From Octopus sinensis (taxonomy: Eukaryota), in contig NW_021834661.1 in NCBI RefSeq assembly GCF_006345805.1, positions 1 to 59,633 of the forward strand: DNA of 59,633 nucleotides, written 5' to 3'. The translations under genes and the position numbers were made by a program. Every line of letters starts with the position of its first letter. The stretch's first letter is position 1. Below are positions 41,640 to 54,704 of this stretch, in pieces. The notes under the pieces were generated by a model. It saw only the letters and a program-made list of their open reading frames with translations, did no database searches and was not told the DNA's origin.

Positions 41640-41786
41640 CAACCGGAAATAAGAGCGTCAGCAAACAATATGGATATCGTCATAAATACATCGTCCCCCG
41701 CCGCCGTCGTCATTGTCGTCGCCGTGGTTGTAGTCGTCGTCGTCGTCGTAGTCATCGTGGTCAGCATTGTTGTCGTCGCATCATTG

Positions 41787-41819
<33 letters not shown>

Positions 41820-42132
41820 ACATCATTGTCATGGTCATCATTATCATGATTCACTTTCATCACTATCGTCGTCGTCACCATCCTCCTCCTCATCATCATC
41901 ATCGCCACCCACCCCCTCTTCTTCTTCCTCCTCCTCCTCCTCCTCCACATCATCGTGTCGTCGTCGTAGTCAGCATCATCATCAACATGGTGTCGTCGTT
42001 GTTATCATCATTACTATCATCATAATGATCATCAGTATCATCGTTATCAGCATCCTCCTTCTCCTCCTCCTCATCATCATCCTCATGATCAACAACACAT
42101 ACAAAGGATTTCAAATAAGCAATTTGTCAACA

Positions 42133-42175
<43 letters not shown>

Positions 42176-42500
42176 ACACTACAACCACCACCACTACTAC
42201 TACTACTATTACAGCTGCTGCTACTACTACTACCACCATCACCAACACCACCACAACTACTACTGCTACTACTACACCCAACACATCTACTACTACTACC
42301 ACTACTACTGCTGCAACTACTACTTCTGCCACCACCACCACTACCACTATCGCTACTACTACTACACATAACTACTACTACACATAACAACTACTACTAC
42401 TACTACTACTACTCCACTTCCTCCACTACTGCCACCGCTACCTCCGCTGCTGTTACTACAATTACTAATACTACTACTATTACACAAACAAAGACAATAA
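41640..42500. repeat. (CAT/CGT/CCT/TAC)n trinucleotide tract
   Basis: Direct reading. Confidence 0.9.
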
Positions 42501-42689
42501 CAAGAATAAGAACACCAATAGTATCAAATGGACGGTAGTAGCAACTTGATAGAATTTTACACATAACTTCATTTAAGCGGGGTGGCCACCATGAATTCAT
42601 GAAGAACAATAAGAAGACCAATAGGGACAGTGGATCAGTATAGTCTGCATGGCGCATTGTCTTGTATATCATATAAATGGTTTCCATTA

Positions 42690-43660
42690 TTTGTTTGCAC
42701 GCCGGACAAAATGCTTAGCGTCTTTTCGTTCATTTTTACGATCTGCGTTCAAATTCCGTCGATGTCGACTTTGCCTTCCATCATTTCAATATCGATAAAA
42801 TAAGCACCAATTGAACACTGGTCGATATAATTAACAGAGTCCCTCCCCAAAACTTGCTGGCCTTGCAGGTGGGGACCAGTTAGAATTTTCTTCGGGTTGA
42901 GGAGCCCATATCACTCATAAGGTCCCTAAATAAGGGTTGTTTAAGGGTAATGTTGCCAGAGGTGAATTATTCAAACCTCAAAGAATTCCTCTCAAAACAT
43001 GGCTATGATGCTGTCCCACTACTGCTCATGATCAGCTTATATTGTCTGCCACCAAGGGACATGCTCAACTGGTTAAGGTCAAACAACTGACGACCAAATC
43101 TGTGGTATTGAGCAGAATATTTGCTGTAGCCCATCTTTTATACTAAGGCAAAACAGGTACATGATAATGCCTACCTTTCATTCCTTCGGTTCAATAACAT
43201 AAGTACCAGTTGAGCACTGGGGTTCGATGTAATCCTTTTATCCTAACTCTGAAATTGCTGGCTTCGTGCGAAAATTTGAAACCATTATTATTACTATTAT
43301 TATTTGAACTCAGACTTCTACGGAATTTGAACTTAGGACGCAAGGACTGACGAAATGCCGATAAGCAATTTTCGCCGACATGCTAATCATTCTGTCAGGT
43401 CACCGTCTTAAGACATTTAACAATAACAACAAGATAAACAATAACAACATAAAGACAAACGAAATGCCGTTAAACCCTTTGCCCGCTTGCTAACGTTTCT
43501 GCCAACCCCCCCCTGCTCAACTGGTGCTTAATTTATTTATCCTGAAAGGGTGAAAAGCAAAGTCGATCCCAATTTGAACTCAGAACATAAAGACAGACGA
43601 AATGCCGGTAAAACTTTTGCCCCGTGTACTAACGATTCTGCCAGGTCACCGCCTTAAAGC
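42690..43660. mobile_element. Nested old SINE-B fragments and a family G copy (42863-43170)
   Basis: Repeated gaactcag...gacgaaatgccg...ctaacg..tctgcca blocks; family G block ggtattgagcagaatatttgctgtagcccatc. Confidence 0.7.
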
Positions 43661-43680
43661 CGCCTTATTAATATTTATGG

Positions 43681-44198
43681 AGTGGTTGTATACTGTCAAC
43701 TTAACGTGACAGTCCCGTAAGGGAATTACACCACCGCTGTTTAGCCCTAGGAAGCATCGACGCTTCCTGTCAGCCTTGACACATTTCCTGTGTCCTTATA
43801 TATTTACGAAGGGGAGACAAACACCCCCAACAGCTAGGCCTGCATCTAGATACATGCATGTTTCAGGGTTTTGCCCATCATCAGTCTAGAGCAGCAAGGC
43901 CTGCTAGCTGAAGATATCTGTCTAGACTTCGTAAATATATATATATATTTTCAGTGAAGTTTATTCACTGATCACCAAAATCAGAAATATTAAATTTCTA
44001 AATATCTCATAGAGATATGTGCGGTGGAAATGTCAAGGGTCAAGGCCGACAGGAAGCGTCGATGCTTCCTAGGGCTAAACAGCGGTGGTGTAATTCCCTT
44101 ACGGGACTATCACGTTAAGTTGACAGTATACAACCACTCTATCGCTCCACCACCGCACATATCTCTATGAGATATTTAGAAATTTAATATTTCTGATT
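43681..44198. mobile_element. Rearranged structured element with interleaved inverted repeats A..HH..B A' B'
   Basis: A 43681-43790 versus A' 44026-44139, and B ~43980-44027 versus B' ~44148-44198, are reverse complements. Confidence 0.8.
43831..43910 (-). ncRNA. Type I hammerhead ribozyme motif with long stem I
   Basis: TCTAGA-CTGATGA-T GGG CAAAA CCC T-GAAA-CATGCATG-TA-TCTAGA. Stem I extends via CTGC/GCAG, GGC/GCC and CAGCTA/TAGCTG; palindromic stem III ACATGCATGT. Confidence 0.8.
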
Positions 44199-45774
44199 AA
44201 TAATAATATTTGTTTCAAATGTTGGTACAAGTGCAGCAGTTCTTGAAGGAAGGGTGCAAGTGGATTGTATCGACCCCAGTATTTGACTAATACCTTAATT
44301 TATCCACACTAAAAGGATAAAAGGGAAAGTTGGCTCTAGTAGGATTTGAACACAGAATGTAAAAAGTCGGCAGAAATACAGCTAGACATTTTGTCCAACG
44401 CTCTTTTTTGCTCTTTTATTCAACTAATCTCTCTAAGGCAGTGCTCCAGTATGGCCATAGTTCAATATTTTAAACAAGTGAAAGAGAATATCAGAACGAA
44501 AAAACTGATGCCAATTCAAATATTCAATTCAGTTCCGTTGAAAACTTCTTCACCTGATCCAAGAACGAATTCCAATACTTATCTTAAATAAAAGAACGAG
44601 GTACGCATGGGAATGAAATCCTGCTATTTATACATAGAAACCTACTTTCAGAACCAACTGCAGCCATTTAATAAGACTGCAGTGAAAGCAATTTCCATTT
44701 CCCTCATCGTCTGTTCGTCTCAAGAGTATACGTACCTCCAACAATTGAAGAATACAACAGAAAGAATGGTAATTTTAATAAAAGCAGCAACGGAAGTGAA
44801 TTTCCCATTCTATTCTTCAGATTTCTAATTAATCTTCTTTCCAGTTCTTTAACCGAATAAATCTCCTTTATTATCTTCAAGCCGTTTCTTTGCATTGTAT
44901 CTATCAATTTGTCCGTTGAGAATTCTTTGAACAAATGCTCTTCAATTTTGCTACGATAAGATACGAAACCTTGCGTAGTATAAATCCTACATTTTGTACG
45001 CTTTCAAAAGAAATGGATTTACGATAATTAGAACAGATTTGTTTTCACGGCTTTTTGACGCACGTGACCTGCCACTTAGAGCAAGCAGTTGTAAAGATTC
45101 TTATTTGATTGCGTTAAACGTTTCCATTTATTCACCGACTCTCTGAACTATCTTTAAAAATAAATGTGTATATGACATGCATGAAATATATACACCAAGC
45201 GTAAAATGACGCTAGCTGTAATAATTTGTTTCAGAAAAACTTCTCTCAACGAGCTCACACAGAATGTTGTCGCTAGACCGGCAGACGCACGTGTTTTAAC
45301 TTGTTTTCCTCTCCTCGGGGACAGGTACTTCCAGATGTTCTGATCGTGTATTGCATTTTTGTTTTTACATGCCAGCTTTTCAACGTTTCGGACTTTGTAC
45401 CCGCCGATCTTCTTCCGATGTCTGTCGTGTTCAATTACTTTCCAGAATTTGAATCCAAAATTCACTCCACGATGTTTGACTTTTATAGGTGCTTGCAGAA
45501 GGCTTGGGTCGTAAAACGGCCGAATCATTTTGACGTTAAGAATGGAGATTAGAATACTATGTATGTATGTATGTATGTATGTATGTATGTATGTATGTAT
45601 GTATGAATGTATGTATGTATGAATGTATGTATGTATGTATGTATGAATGTATGTATGTATGTATGTATGTATGTATGTATGTATGTATGTATGCATGCAT
45701 GCATGTATGTATGTATGTATGTATGTATGTATCTATGTATGTATGTATCTATGTGTGTGTATGTATGTATGTAT

Positions 45775-46052
45775 TGTTGTTGTTGTTGTTTGTTCCTTCT
45801 CGAGCCACACCTGGCACATTAGGGCCGGTTTCCCGGTTTCCTTAGCGTATAGGTTCCCCACCTGGACAGGACGCTGGTCTGTCGCAGGTGAGCTGCAAGA
45901 TGCAGGAGGAAAGAGTGAGAGAAAGTTGTGGCGAAAGAGTCAGCAGAAGTTCGCCATTACCTTCTACCGGATCCGCGTGGAGCTTAGGTGTTTCGCTCAT
46001 AAACACACACATCGCCCGGTCTGAGATTCGAACCGCGATCCGTCGACCGCGA
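45775..46052 (-). mobile_element. tRNA-headed SINE with (AAC)n tail
   Basis: gtactcgcggtcgacggatcgcggttcgaatctcagaccgggcg head; tail ggctcgagaaggaacaaacaacaac. Confidence 0.75.
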
Positions 46053-46394
46053 GTACGGAATGTATGTATGCATGTATGTAATTATTCAGTTTTATTTCAA
46101 GATTTCTTGCCAATAGAGAAATAACCGGTTTCTAACGTTATTACACGTAGATCCAAGGCTCCTTTACTGGAATTTCAACATCAACAACAGGGTATGTATG
46201 TATGTGCGTCTATGTATGTATGCATGCATGCATGTATGTATGTATGTATGTATGTATGTATGTATGTATGTATGTATACATGTATGTATACATGTATGTA
46301 TGCATGTATGTATGTATGTATGTATGTATACATGTATGTATGTATGTATGTATGTATGTATGTATGTATGTATGTATGTATGAATGTATGTATG

Positions 46395-46784
46395 TATATG
46401 TGCAGATTCGTATATTTTGCTGTATGTGTGTATTCTCATGCATATAGTTTCTAGACATCCTCATATATATTCAAATGACAAAGTTCCGGGAATTTCTACA
46501 GTTCTGGTGATTGATTGGATATGTAGTCTCCAAATTAGCTTTCTCCTTCTGGTTTTGAGAAGCCTAATTTCTCAAAATTGCTATTTAGAAAGTGTCACAT
46601 ATCCCAGTGCCCCATTAATTACATGTATAAACCTGAACTTGTAATCTAGATAGAGAAACTGCAGATTTCTCAATAGTTCAGCGTAGGTATTCTCTTTTCT
46701 ACTGATCTTCAGCTTTATGCTAACATTCGCTGGGCAGCCAATTTCCACAACTGTGCACAGTTTCTCTTTGCTATCACAAATCAT

Positions 46785-46786
<2 letters not shown>
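46395..46786 (-). mobile_element. 3' end of an RLE-type LINE embedded in (CATA)n
   Basis: ICDSKEKLCTVVEIGCP...KENTYAELLRNLQFLYLDYKFRFIHVINGALGYV resembles an RLE C-terminus. TATG repeats on both flanks. Confidence 0.75.
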
Positions 46787-46816
<30 letters not shown>

Positions 46817-46818
46817 TG

Positions 46819-46849
<31 letters not shown>

Positions 46850-46914
46850 GTATGTATGCATGCATGCATGCATGTATGTATGTATATATGTATGTATGTA
46901 TGTATATGTATTAT

Positions 46915-47200
46915 GTCAGGTCACTTTCGAGTGCTACTGGTAACATGTAACCCAGCACAACCTGTTGCATGGTCGGGTTAAGCCACTGGGAGTGAAGGAC
47001 TCCTAGCCTTTGTTAGGCCATCCTTCTAGGAGAAGGTAACTCAGGTAACTGGGATAACTCCGACATAAAACCTGCGGCTCAGTGGTTACCGATGATGTTG
47101 ACTTGTTCTTCTTTTCGGATTATGGCTGCTGTTGCTTAGTGAGTGGGATTGACTCTGTGCACAGCCTTTCCTCACTTTAAAAAATCTTCTTGCACAGGCA
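46915..47200 (+). mobile_element. Probable 5' UTR fragment of an RTE-clade LINE
   Basis: ggccatccttctaggagaaggtaactc...aaaacctgcggc resembles RTE 5' regions as I recall them; not database-verified. Confidence 0.4.
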
Positions 47201-47267
47201 TTGCACAATAGCAACATTGATTAAGCTTCATGCAATGGCCATACTTGATAACGAGGGGGCAGCCACC

Positions 47268-47286
47268 ATGTATGAATGTATGTATG

Positions 47287-47317
<31 letters not shown>

Positions 47318-47992
47318 ATATGTATGTATGTATGTATATATGTATGTATGTATGTATGTATATATGTATGTATGTATGTATATATGTATGTATGTATGTG
47401 TGTGTATGTATGTATGTATTATGTATGTGTGTGTGTAATGTATGTATGTATGTATGTATGTATGTATATATGTATGTATGTATGTATGTATGTGGTGTAT
47501 GTATGTGTGTGTGTATGTATGTATGTATGTATGTATGTATGTATGTGTGTGTATGTATGTATGTATGTATATGTATGTATATATGTAATGTATGTATGTA
47601 TATATGTATGTATGTATGTATGTGTGTATGTGTGTGTATGTATGTATGTATGTATGTATGTATGTATGTATGTATGTATGTTTGTGTATGTATGTATATA
47701 TGTATGTTGTGTGTATGTATGTATGTATGTATGTATGTTGTATGTATGTATGTATGTATATTATGTATGTATGGTGTTATGTATTATGTATTATGTATTT
47801 ATGTATGTATGTATTTATGTATGTATGTATGTATTTATGTATGTATGTATGTGGTGTGTGTATGTATGTATGTATGTATGTATGTATGTATGTATGTATG
47901 TGTGTGTGTATGTATGTATATATGTATGTGTGTGTGTATGTATGTATATATGTATATATGTATGTATGTATGTACGTATGTATGTGTGTATT
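47268..47992. repeat. ~720-bp degenerate (TATG)n microsatellite
   Basis: Direct reading; source of the 440-aa and 267-aa MYVC pseudo-ORFs. Confidence 0.97.
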
Positions 47993-48404
47993 TATGCGTG
48001 GCTTTTTGTTTCTCCACACAGCCAGTACTGGGGTGTGTATATCCGCTTTACTTGGCGGTTTGGTGGAACAGAACGATAGACAAACAAGTCACCAAACAAT
48101 ATTGGTTCTCAAGCATCGGAAAGGACACAGAAATACACACACACATACATGCACGCACAAACACACGCACACGCACTCACACACATACACACTCATACAC
48201 GCGCTCACACATGCCCCCCCACACATACACACGCACACATAAACACACACGCTCACATGCACGCACGAACACGTACACACGTGCACATACACACGCACAC
48301 ATACACACACACACACACACAAAAATGCACACACGAATACGCACTCACACATGCATGTACACACACACATACACACACGCACACACTCATATGTATCTAT
48401 TATT

Positions 48405-48850
48405 ATTAGTTCTTCCGTTGTTGTCGATGATGACCAAAGACATCAGATGGATGAGAAGACAGGCCACGGTATGTCCGGCTGTGGCCAAACAGTCCGATGA
48501 GTACTCGGAAGGCCTTACTGCAGGTCGAGCACTGGTAATCTACTGGGAATGAAGGCAAGGAGCTGACTCTGGACTTACGCAATTGGCATTCATTTATTTT
48601 GTGTACCCTGCAATCATGTTCTGTTCGTAGGAGATGGCACCTCTGTTAATGCAGCTTCGCCAGGCAGGGCGATCTCGTGCTTGTGTTTCGCGGGTGTCCG
48701 GGTGATCTCAAAGCTCTTCAGTAAGGCTTTGAGTGTATCATTAAGGCGCTTGACTTCCGACAGTTTCCTATAAAACAGTCGCTTGGGGAGTCGCGTGTGA
48801 AGCTTTCGAACAAGGTGGCCTTCTCACCTGACCCATGCTCTCTTCATTAG
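48405..48850 (-). mobile_element. RTE (BovB-like) LINE 3' fragment
   Basis: Minus translation GHLVRKLHTRLPKRLFYRKL, RDRPAWRSCINRGAISYEQN and C2H2-like CSTCSKAFRVLIGLFGHSRT. 3' end gtcatcatcgacaacaacggaagaac. Confidence 0.8.
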
Positions 48851-49230
48851 TGGCAGTTTTATATAACAAATTATTTATTTAAAAAATTACATAAATATAA
48901 TTAAGAAGAAAAAAGATACTCCTTACAGCCGTTTCGAAGCCATAATGTGCAAACAAATGTACATAACTATGATGGGCTTCCTAAAAAACAGTCGCTTGGG
49001 GAGTCGCGTGTCAAGCTTTCGAACAAGGTGGCCTGCTCAACTGACCCATGTTCTCCTCATTAGTGTGTAAATGCTTGGCAGTTTTATATAACAAATTATT
49101 TATAAAAAAGTTACATAAATATAATTAAGAAGAAAAAAGATACTCCTTACAGCCGTTTCGAAACTTCGGCGACTGGTCGAAGCCATAATGTGCATTATGC
49201 AAACAAATGTACATAATTATGATGGGCTCC
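48772..49230. repeat. Tandem duplication (~215 and ~245 bp units)
   Basis: aaaacagtcgcttggggagtcgcgtgt starts at 48772 and 48986. Confidence 0.9.
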
Positions 49231-49689
49231 CACATAGTTTCCTTCTAGCAAATACACTCATAAGGCATAGGTCGGTCGTGCTGGGGTTATAGTGATTGAA
49301 TACAACACTTGCTCACGGTATCACACATATGACATTGACATTATATCAATTTTGGATTACCTGTTTACCAATTCCAAATGAAAGTAAAAATAAACTAAAA
49401 TTTAGAAATTAAATTAAATCAGCAATCTTCGTGTAATTCCAATACCAGCTTTCTTGAAATTCCAACAAAGGACTTTTAGAATTTCCTGTTAAATATAAGA
49501 TATGAACGGCCTTAAGCTAATTACTTTTTAATTAATGCGTTTAATTAATATAGTATCAAGTTGCAGGCGTTGGCGACGATGTTACCGTACTAACGAACAT
49601 TGCCCTTATTTTGTTGTTTTTGTTGCTGCTGCTGCTGTCGTTTAACCCAAGGTCAATCCTAATCATGCCAACCTATAATCAAAGGTATT

Positions 49690-52450
49690 TCAATCGTGAG
49701 CAATCGTCTTTTCTTTCTTCAGTTCTTTCTTATTTCTTTCCTCTACTTCCTTATTGCTTTCATTCTGTCTGTCTCTCAGTCTTTCTTCTTCTCCCCCTTA
49801 TTTTTCTTTCTTTCCTTCTTTCTTTCATTTCTTCTTTCTTCCATTTTTCTTCTTTCGTTATTTCCTCCTCCTTTACTTCTTTCTCCATTTCCTTCCTTCC
49901 TTCCTTCCTTCATTCATTCATTCATTCATTCATTCCCTTCTATCTACCTTCCTTTTTGTTTCTTCTTTCTGTATGTCCACCTTTCTTTTTTTCCTCTCCT
50001 TCCTTCCTTCCTTCCCTCCTTCATTCCTTCTTTCCCTTCCTTTTTGTTTTTTCTTTCTGTATGTCCACCTTTTTTCTTCCTATCCTTCTTTCCTCCTTTC
50101 TTCTTTCCTGCTTATTTCTTTATTACCCACAAGGGGCTAAACACAGAGGGGACAAACAAAGACAGACAAACGGATTAAGACGATTATATCGACCCCCGTG
50201 CGTAACTGGTACTTAATTTATCGACCCCGAAAGGATGAAAGGCAAAGTCGACCTCGGCGGAATTTGAACTCAGAACGTAAAGACGACGAAATGCTGCTAA
50301 GCATTTCGCCCGGCGTGCTAACGTTTCTGCCAGCTCACCGCCTTTCTTTACTTCTTTCTTTCATTTTTATATTCTTTCTTGATTTCCTCTTTCGTTTTCT
50401 TTCTTTCTCTTCTTCTTTCCTTGTTTGCTTCCTTCCTTCTTTCTCTTTCTCTCCTTCTTTCCCTCGTTACTTCTTCCTTCCTTCCTTCCTTTCTTTCTTT
50501 CTTCCTTCCTTCCTTCCTTCTTCTTTCTTTCTTTTCTTTCTTTCTTTTCCTTCCTTCCTTTCTTTCTTCCTTTCTTTCTTCCTTTCTTTCTTTCTTTCTT
50601 TCTTTATACTTCTTTCTTCATTTCCCTCTTCTCTATTTCTTTCTTCCTTTCTTTCTTCCTTCCTTCCTTTCTTTCTTTCTTTCCTTCCTTCCTTCCTTTC
50701 TTCTTTCTTTCTTTCTTTCTTTCTTCATTTCCCTCTTCTCAATTTCTTTTTCCTTCCTTTTTTTATTCCCTTCTTTCTTTCTTTTGCATCATTCTTCCTT
50801 CCTGTCTTCCTTCCCTTCTTTTTTTCTATCTTCTTTCTTTCATGCAATTAACTATATTCCTCGGGGAAATCAATGTCATGTGACGGAGGCAAACAGCACG
50901 GTGGCACAAAATAGCGCTCTGTGGTGTGGTCCAGTGTGGTGCTTTGTGGTATGCCAATCATATTTAATACCATATAATCTCTATTTGATAGAAGACGATA
51001 TAAATTATTTGATTGGTTGGCTGGTTGGTTGGTTGATATCTCTTGTTGTTCTTTACATCGTATATACATAGAGAGAGGGGGAGAAAAGAGTAGCAGTAAG
51101 AGAATTATGACTGCAGCCGCATGGCTGAAAGGAATGAAAAGAGCAAAAGAAATAAGTACGGTGTGAGTGCTCATAATAGGCTTGGCGGCAGGCAATTGGT
51201 AAGAGAACATTACGCACAGTGAGAGACAAAGGACCGTAGAGACCGAGGAGGAAACGGAGAAGGAGGGGAGGAAGTGAAGCGGGAAGTGGAAGGATATGAG
51301 AAAGAGAAGGAAGAAGAGGAAGGAGATGAAGAAGAGAAAGAGGTGGTAGAGGATAGGACGAGACAGAGATGAGAAGGGGAGGAGGAGAAGGTGAAGAGGA
51401 AAAGGAGGAGGAGGAGGAGAAGGAAGAGAAGGAGGAGAAAAAGGTTGAAGAAGGGGACAGGATCAGGATGAAGGGAAGCAGGAGGTGGAGGAAAAAGAGT
51501 AGCAGAAGCAGGAGAAGTTGTATAGGAGTAGGTGGAAGAGGAGATGGACGAGGAGGAAGTGGATAGGAGAAGGAGGAAGGGAGGAGGAAGAAAAGCAGAA
51601 GCGGGAGAGAGAAGCAGAAGCGGGGAAGAGGAGAAGAAGCAGAGGGAGAAGAGAAGCTGGAGTGGGAAGTAGTACATGAGGATGAGGAAGATGATAGAAG
51701 GAGAAACAGAAGCTGGAGAAGGAGGGAGAAGAGCTAGAGGAGAAGGAAGGGTAAAGGAGGAGGAGGAGGGGAGCAGGAGGATGAGGAAGACGAGGTGCAG
51801 AAGCAGGTGGAAGAGGAGATGGATGAAAGGGAGCAGGAAGCAGAGCAGAGGGTGGAGGAATAAGAGCAGGAGGAAGAAGCAGAGAGGCAGGAGGAAGAAG
51901 CAGAGAGGCAGGAGCAGAAGGAAGAGGGGCAGGAGGAGTAAGTGGAGAAGGCGGAGGGACAGAAGCAGGAGCAGAAGAAACAGGAGTAGGAGGTGAGGAA
52001 GGGTGAAGAGAAGCAAGAGGAGGAAGAGGAGGAGCAAAAAGAAGGAGGAAAAGAGGTGGAAGAAAAAGTGGAGGAGGAAAAAGTGGAGGAAGAAGAAGAA
52101 GAAGAAAAGAAAAGAAGAGGAGGAGGGGGAGATGAGGAAGAAGAAGAAGAAGAAAAGAAAAGAAGAAAAGGAGGAGGGGTGAGGAAGAAGAGGAGGAAGA
52201 AGAAGGAGAGGAGGAAGAGAAAGGAGAGGAGGGAAGGGAAGATGGGAAGGAGAGAAAGAGAAGTAGGAGAAAGAAGAGGAGGATCACTACGGTGAGGAGG
52301 AGGAAGAAACAGGACAAGAGCAAGAGGAAGAGGAATAGGATGTTGAGGAAGAAGCGAAGCAGGAGGAGGAAGAGGAGGAATGGGGTAAGGTGGAAGACGA
52401 ATATGAGGGAGAAGAGGAGGAAGATGAGGAGATGGAATAAATAAGAGAGT
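49690..52450. repeat. Pyrimidine-rich (CTTT/CCTT) tract ~49690-50870 and purine-rich (GAG/GAA) tract ~51210-52450
   Basis: Direct reading; the F/L/S-rich and E/R/K-rich ORFs are artefacts. Confidence 0.92.
50113..50342 (-). mobile_element. Young full-length SINE-B
   Basis: Near-identical to 26421-26648. Confidence 0.92.
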
Positions 52451-52906
52451 AGTTATGAGATGTGCTTTCAAATTTTGCAGAGAATAGTTTTTCAATTAAA
52501 AGTAAATTGTGATAACGCTAATTAAATTTAGAAAAATGCATTTATCTATTGTAAATATGTAAATAAGAAATTCATTTTATTAATTGTACTTTAAAGCAAT
52601 AAATATATTTCTTCTGAAAATCAGTATTTCATTTCATCATTTTGCATATGTCCCAAGACATTTGATGACGCTTAAAATTCACACTGTGTAATACAATTTT
52701 TGTTCTTTTGGTAGCAACTGTTATTTCCTATTTGCTTATCTCTAGAAAGTATAGAAAATGGCTAATGTTTCCTTCAAACTGTGCTTTTCTTACATTTATT
52801 TAAACTTCAACGAATTCTTCTGAACACACGGCTATATTCAGAGATGCACATATTGTCAGCCACTAAGGGACATGCTCAAGCGATTAAGGTCAAGCAACTG
52901 ATAAGT

Positions 52907-53330
52907 AAATCTGTGGTATTGAGCAGAATATTTGCCATAACGATATTTCTGCTTCAGTAACTCAGTGCTGAAACTGTCGGAAATATAATGGAAAATTGGT
53001 CAGTTTCAAAACATTGATGCCGGGATGACAAAAGCAGGGTTTGAAGGGAATGGTAGTGATTTCCTTTGATTTCTAGATAGAAGCAAGTAAGAAATAACAG
53101 ATACTGGCCAAAGACATGCAAATCTGTGGTACTGAGCAGAATATTTGCTATAACGATATTTCTGCTTCAGCAACTCAGCACTGAACTTGTATGAAATGTA
53201 ATGGAAAATAGGTCAGTTTTAAAACGTTGATGTCCAGGTGACAAAAGCAAAGTTTGAAGGGAATGATAGTGATTTCCTTTGATTTCTATCATCTACAGAA
53301 GTAAATAGGAAATAACATTTACTGACGAAA
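52907..53330. repeat. Old ~213-bp tandem duplication starting in a family G fragment
   Basis: aaatctgtggta(t/c)tgagcagaatatttgc(c/t)ataacgatatttctgcttcag at ~52907 and ~53120. Confidence 0.85.
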
Positions 53331-53433
53331 GACAAAAAGTTAAAATTTTGTTAGACAGTAGATTGCCATGTTTCAATCGTGATACAATTACACTTCCACA
53401 CTTGCCTATCGTATGACTATTAGTACTTTAGTC

Positions 53434-53689
53434 CAGTGTTTCTCAACCATTTTCTTACCTTGTGGACCCTTTTGATTCCGATTTTACTCTGCCGAACCTC
53501 TCTAGCCATTCGATGTTTATAAAATAAATCTTGCTGTATTTATATAATTAAATAATATTAGGAACTGTATGAAAAATTAAAATATTTTGTGTATTGTAAA
53601 AGTATAACCATTTTATTACACATAAAATTTAGCAATGAAATCTAATGTGGACTCCCAAGGGCCATATGAACCAAGGCTGAGATCCACTG
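53434..53689. mobile_element. hAT (Charlie-like) MITE
   Basis: TIRs cagtgtttctcaacc / ggctgagatccactg resemble the CAGTGGTTCTCAA-type hAT terminus. The 8-bp TSD is not clearly preserved. Confidence 0.6.
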
Positions 53690-54011
53690 CTTGGGGTCTC
53701 TCTGTGTAAAAGTAGATAAAAGACAAACGATATTTAAGTTACCAATAGTAATTTAGATTATATCATATTTTATATGAATCAGTTGGTAAACACCAACAGC
53801 GTTGTTTGAAGGGGATGGGTAATGTCTAATTCCTGGTTCCTTATGTTTTGCGTATGATGATGATGAGTGGACAGAGCTAACACCACATTGGTTAAGAAAG
53901 TACTGGTTTTTCGGCCTTCCCGCATATGTTTATAACTCAGCAATATGCAAATACACACACTCGCACAAACATACATATATGCATACATGCATGCATACAT
54001 ACATACATACA

Positions 54012-54039
<28 letters not shown>

Positions 54040-54042
<3 letters not shown>

Positions 54043-54296
54043 GTTTAGGTTTATACCTGTAATTATTGGGGCCTTGGGATATGTAACACACTGGCTAAAT
54101 ACCAATCTTGAGAAATTGGGCTTCTCAGGACCAGAAAGGAGAAAGCTAATTTGAAAACTACAGATCCAATCCATCACTAGAACTGTAAAGATCTGTAAGA
54201 CTTTCCTGAAGTTTATCATTTAAATATATATGAGCATGTCTAGATATGCAACCACATGCATGAGAATACATACATAGAACATATATATCTGCACAT
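54040..54296 (+). mobile_element. 3' end of the (CATA)n-associated RLE LINE, same family as 46395-46786
   Basis: FRFIPVIIGALGYVTHWLNTNLEKLGFSGPERRKLI and a shared 3' UTR (catgagaatac...tctgcacatacatac). CATA repeats on both sides. Confidence 0.8.
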
Positions 54297-54704
54297 ACAT
54301 ACATACATACATACATATATACATACATACATACATACATACATACATACATACATACATACATACATACATACATACATACGTACGTACGTACATACAT
54401 ACGTGCGTATATACATACATACATGCATGCATGCATACATACATACATTCATACATACATACATACATACATACATACATACATACATACATAGTATTCT
54501 AATCTCCATGTATACATACATGCATGTATGTATGTATGTATGTATATACATACATATATGCATGCATCCATCCATCCATCCATCCATACATACATACTAC
54601 ATACATTATGGCTGCCCCCTCGTTATCGAGTATGGCCATTGCACGAAGCTTAACTGTTACTGGTGCTGTGATCGAATGTGACTTTTTATGCAAACTTACA
54701 TAAC

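Noticed and set aside
44600-45130. Decayed ORF fragment (…RSKIEEHLFKEFSTDKLIDTMQRNGLKIIKE…) as a specific retroelement protein
   Set aside because: Probably element-derived, but it has no diagnostic motif to assign to PLE or RLE LINE.
51115-51205. Possible 82-nt exon ending at G|GTAAGA
   Set aside because: The upstream acceptor context is purine-rich with no polypyrimidine tract, and the peptide is unrecognised.
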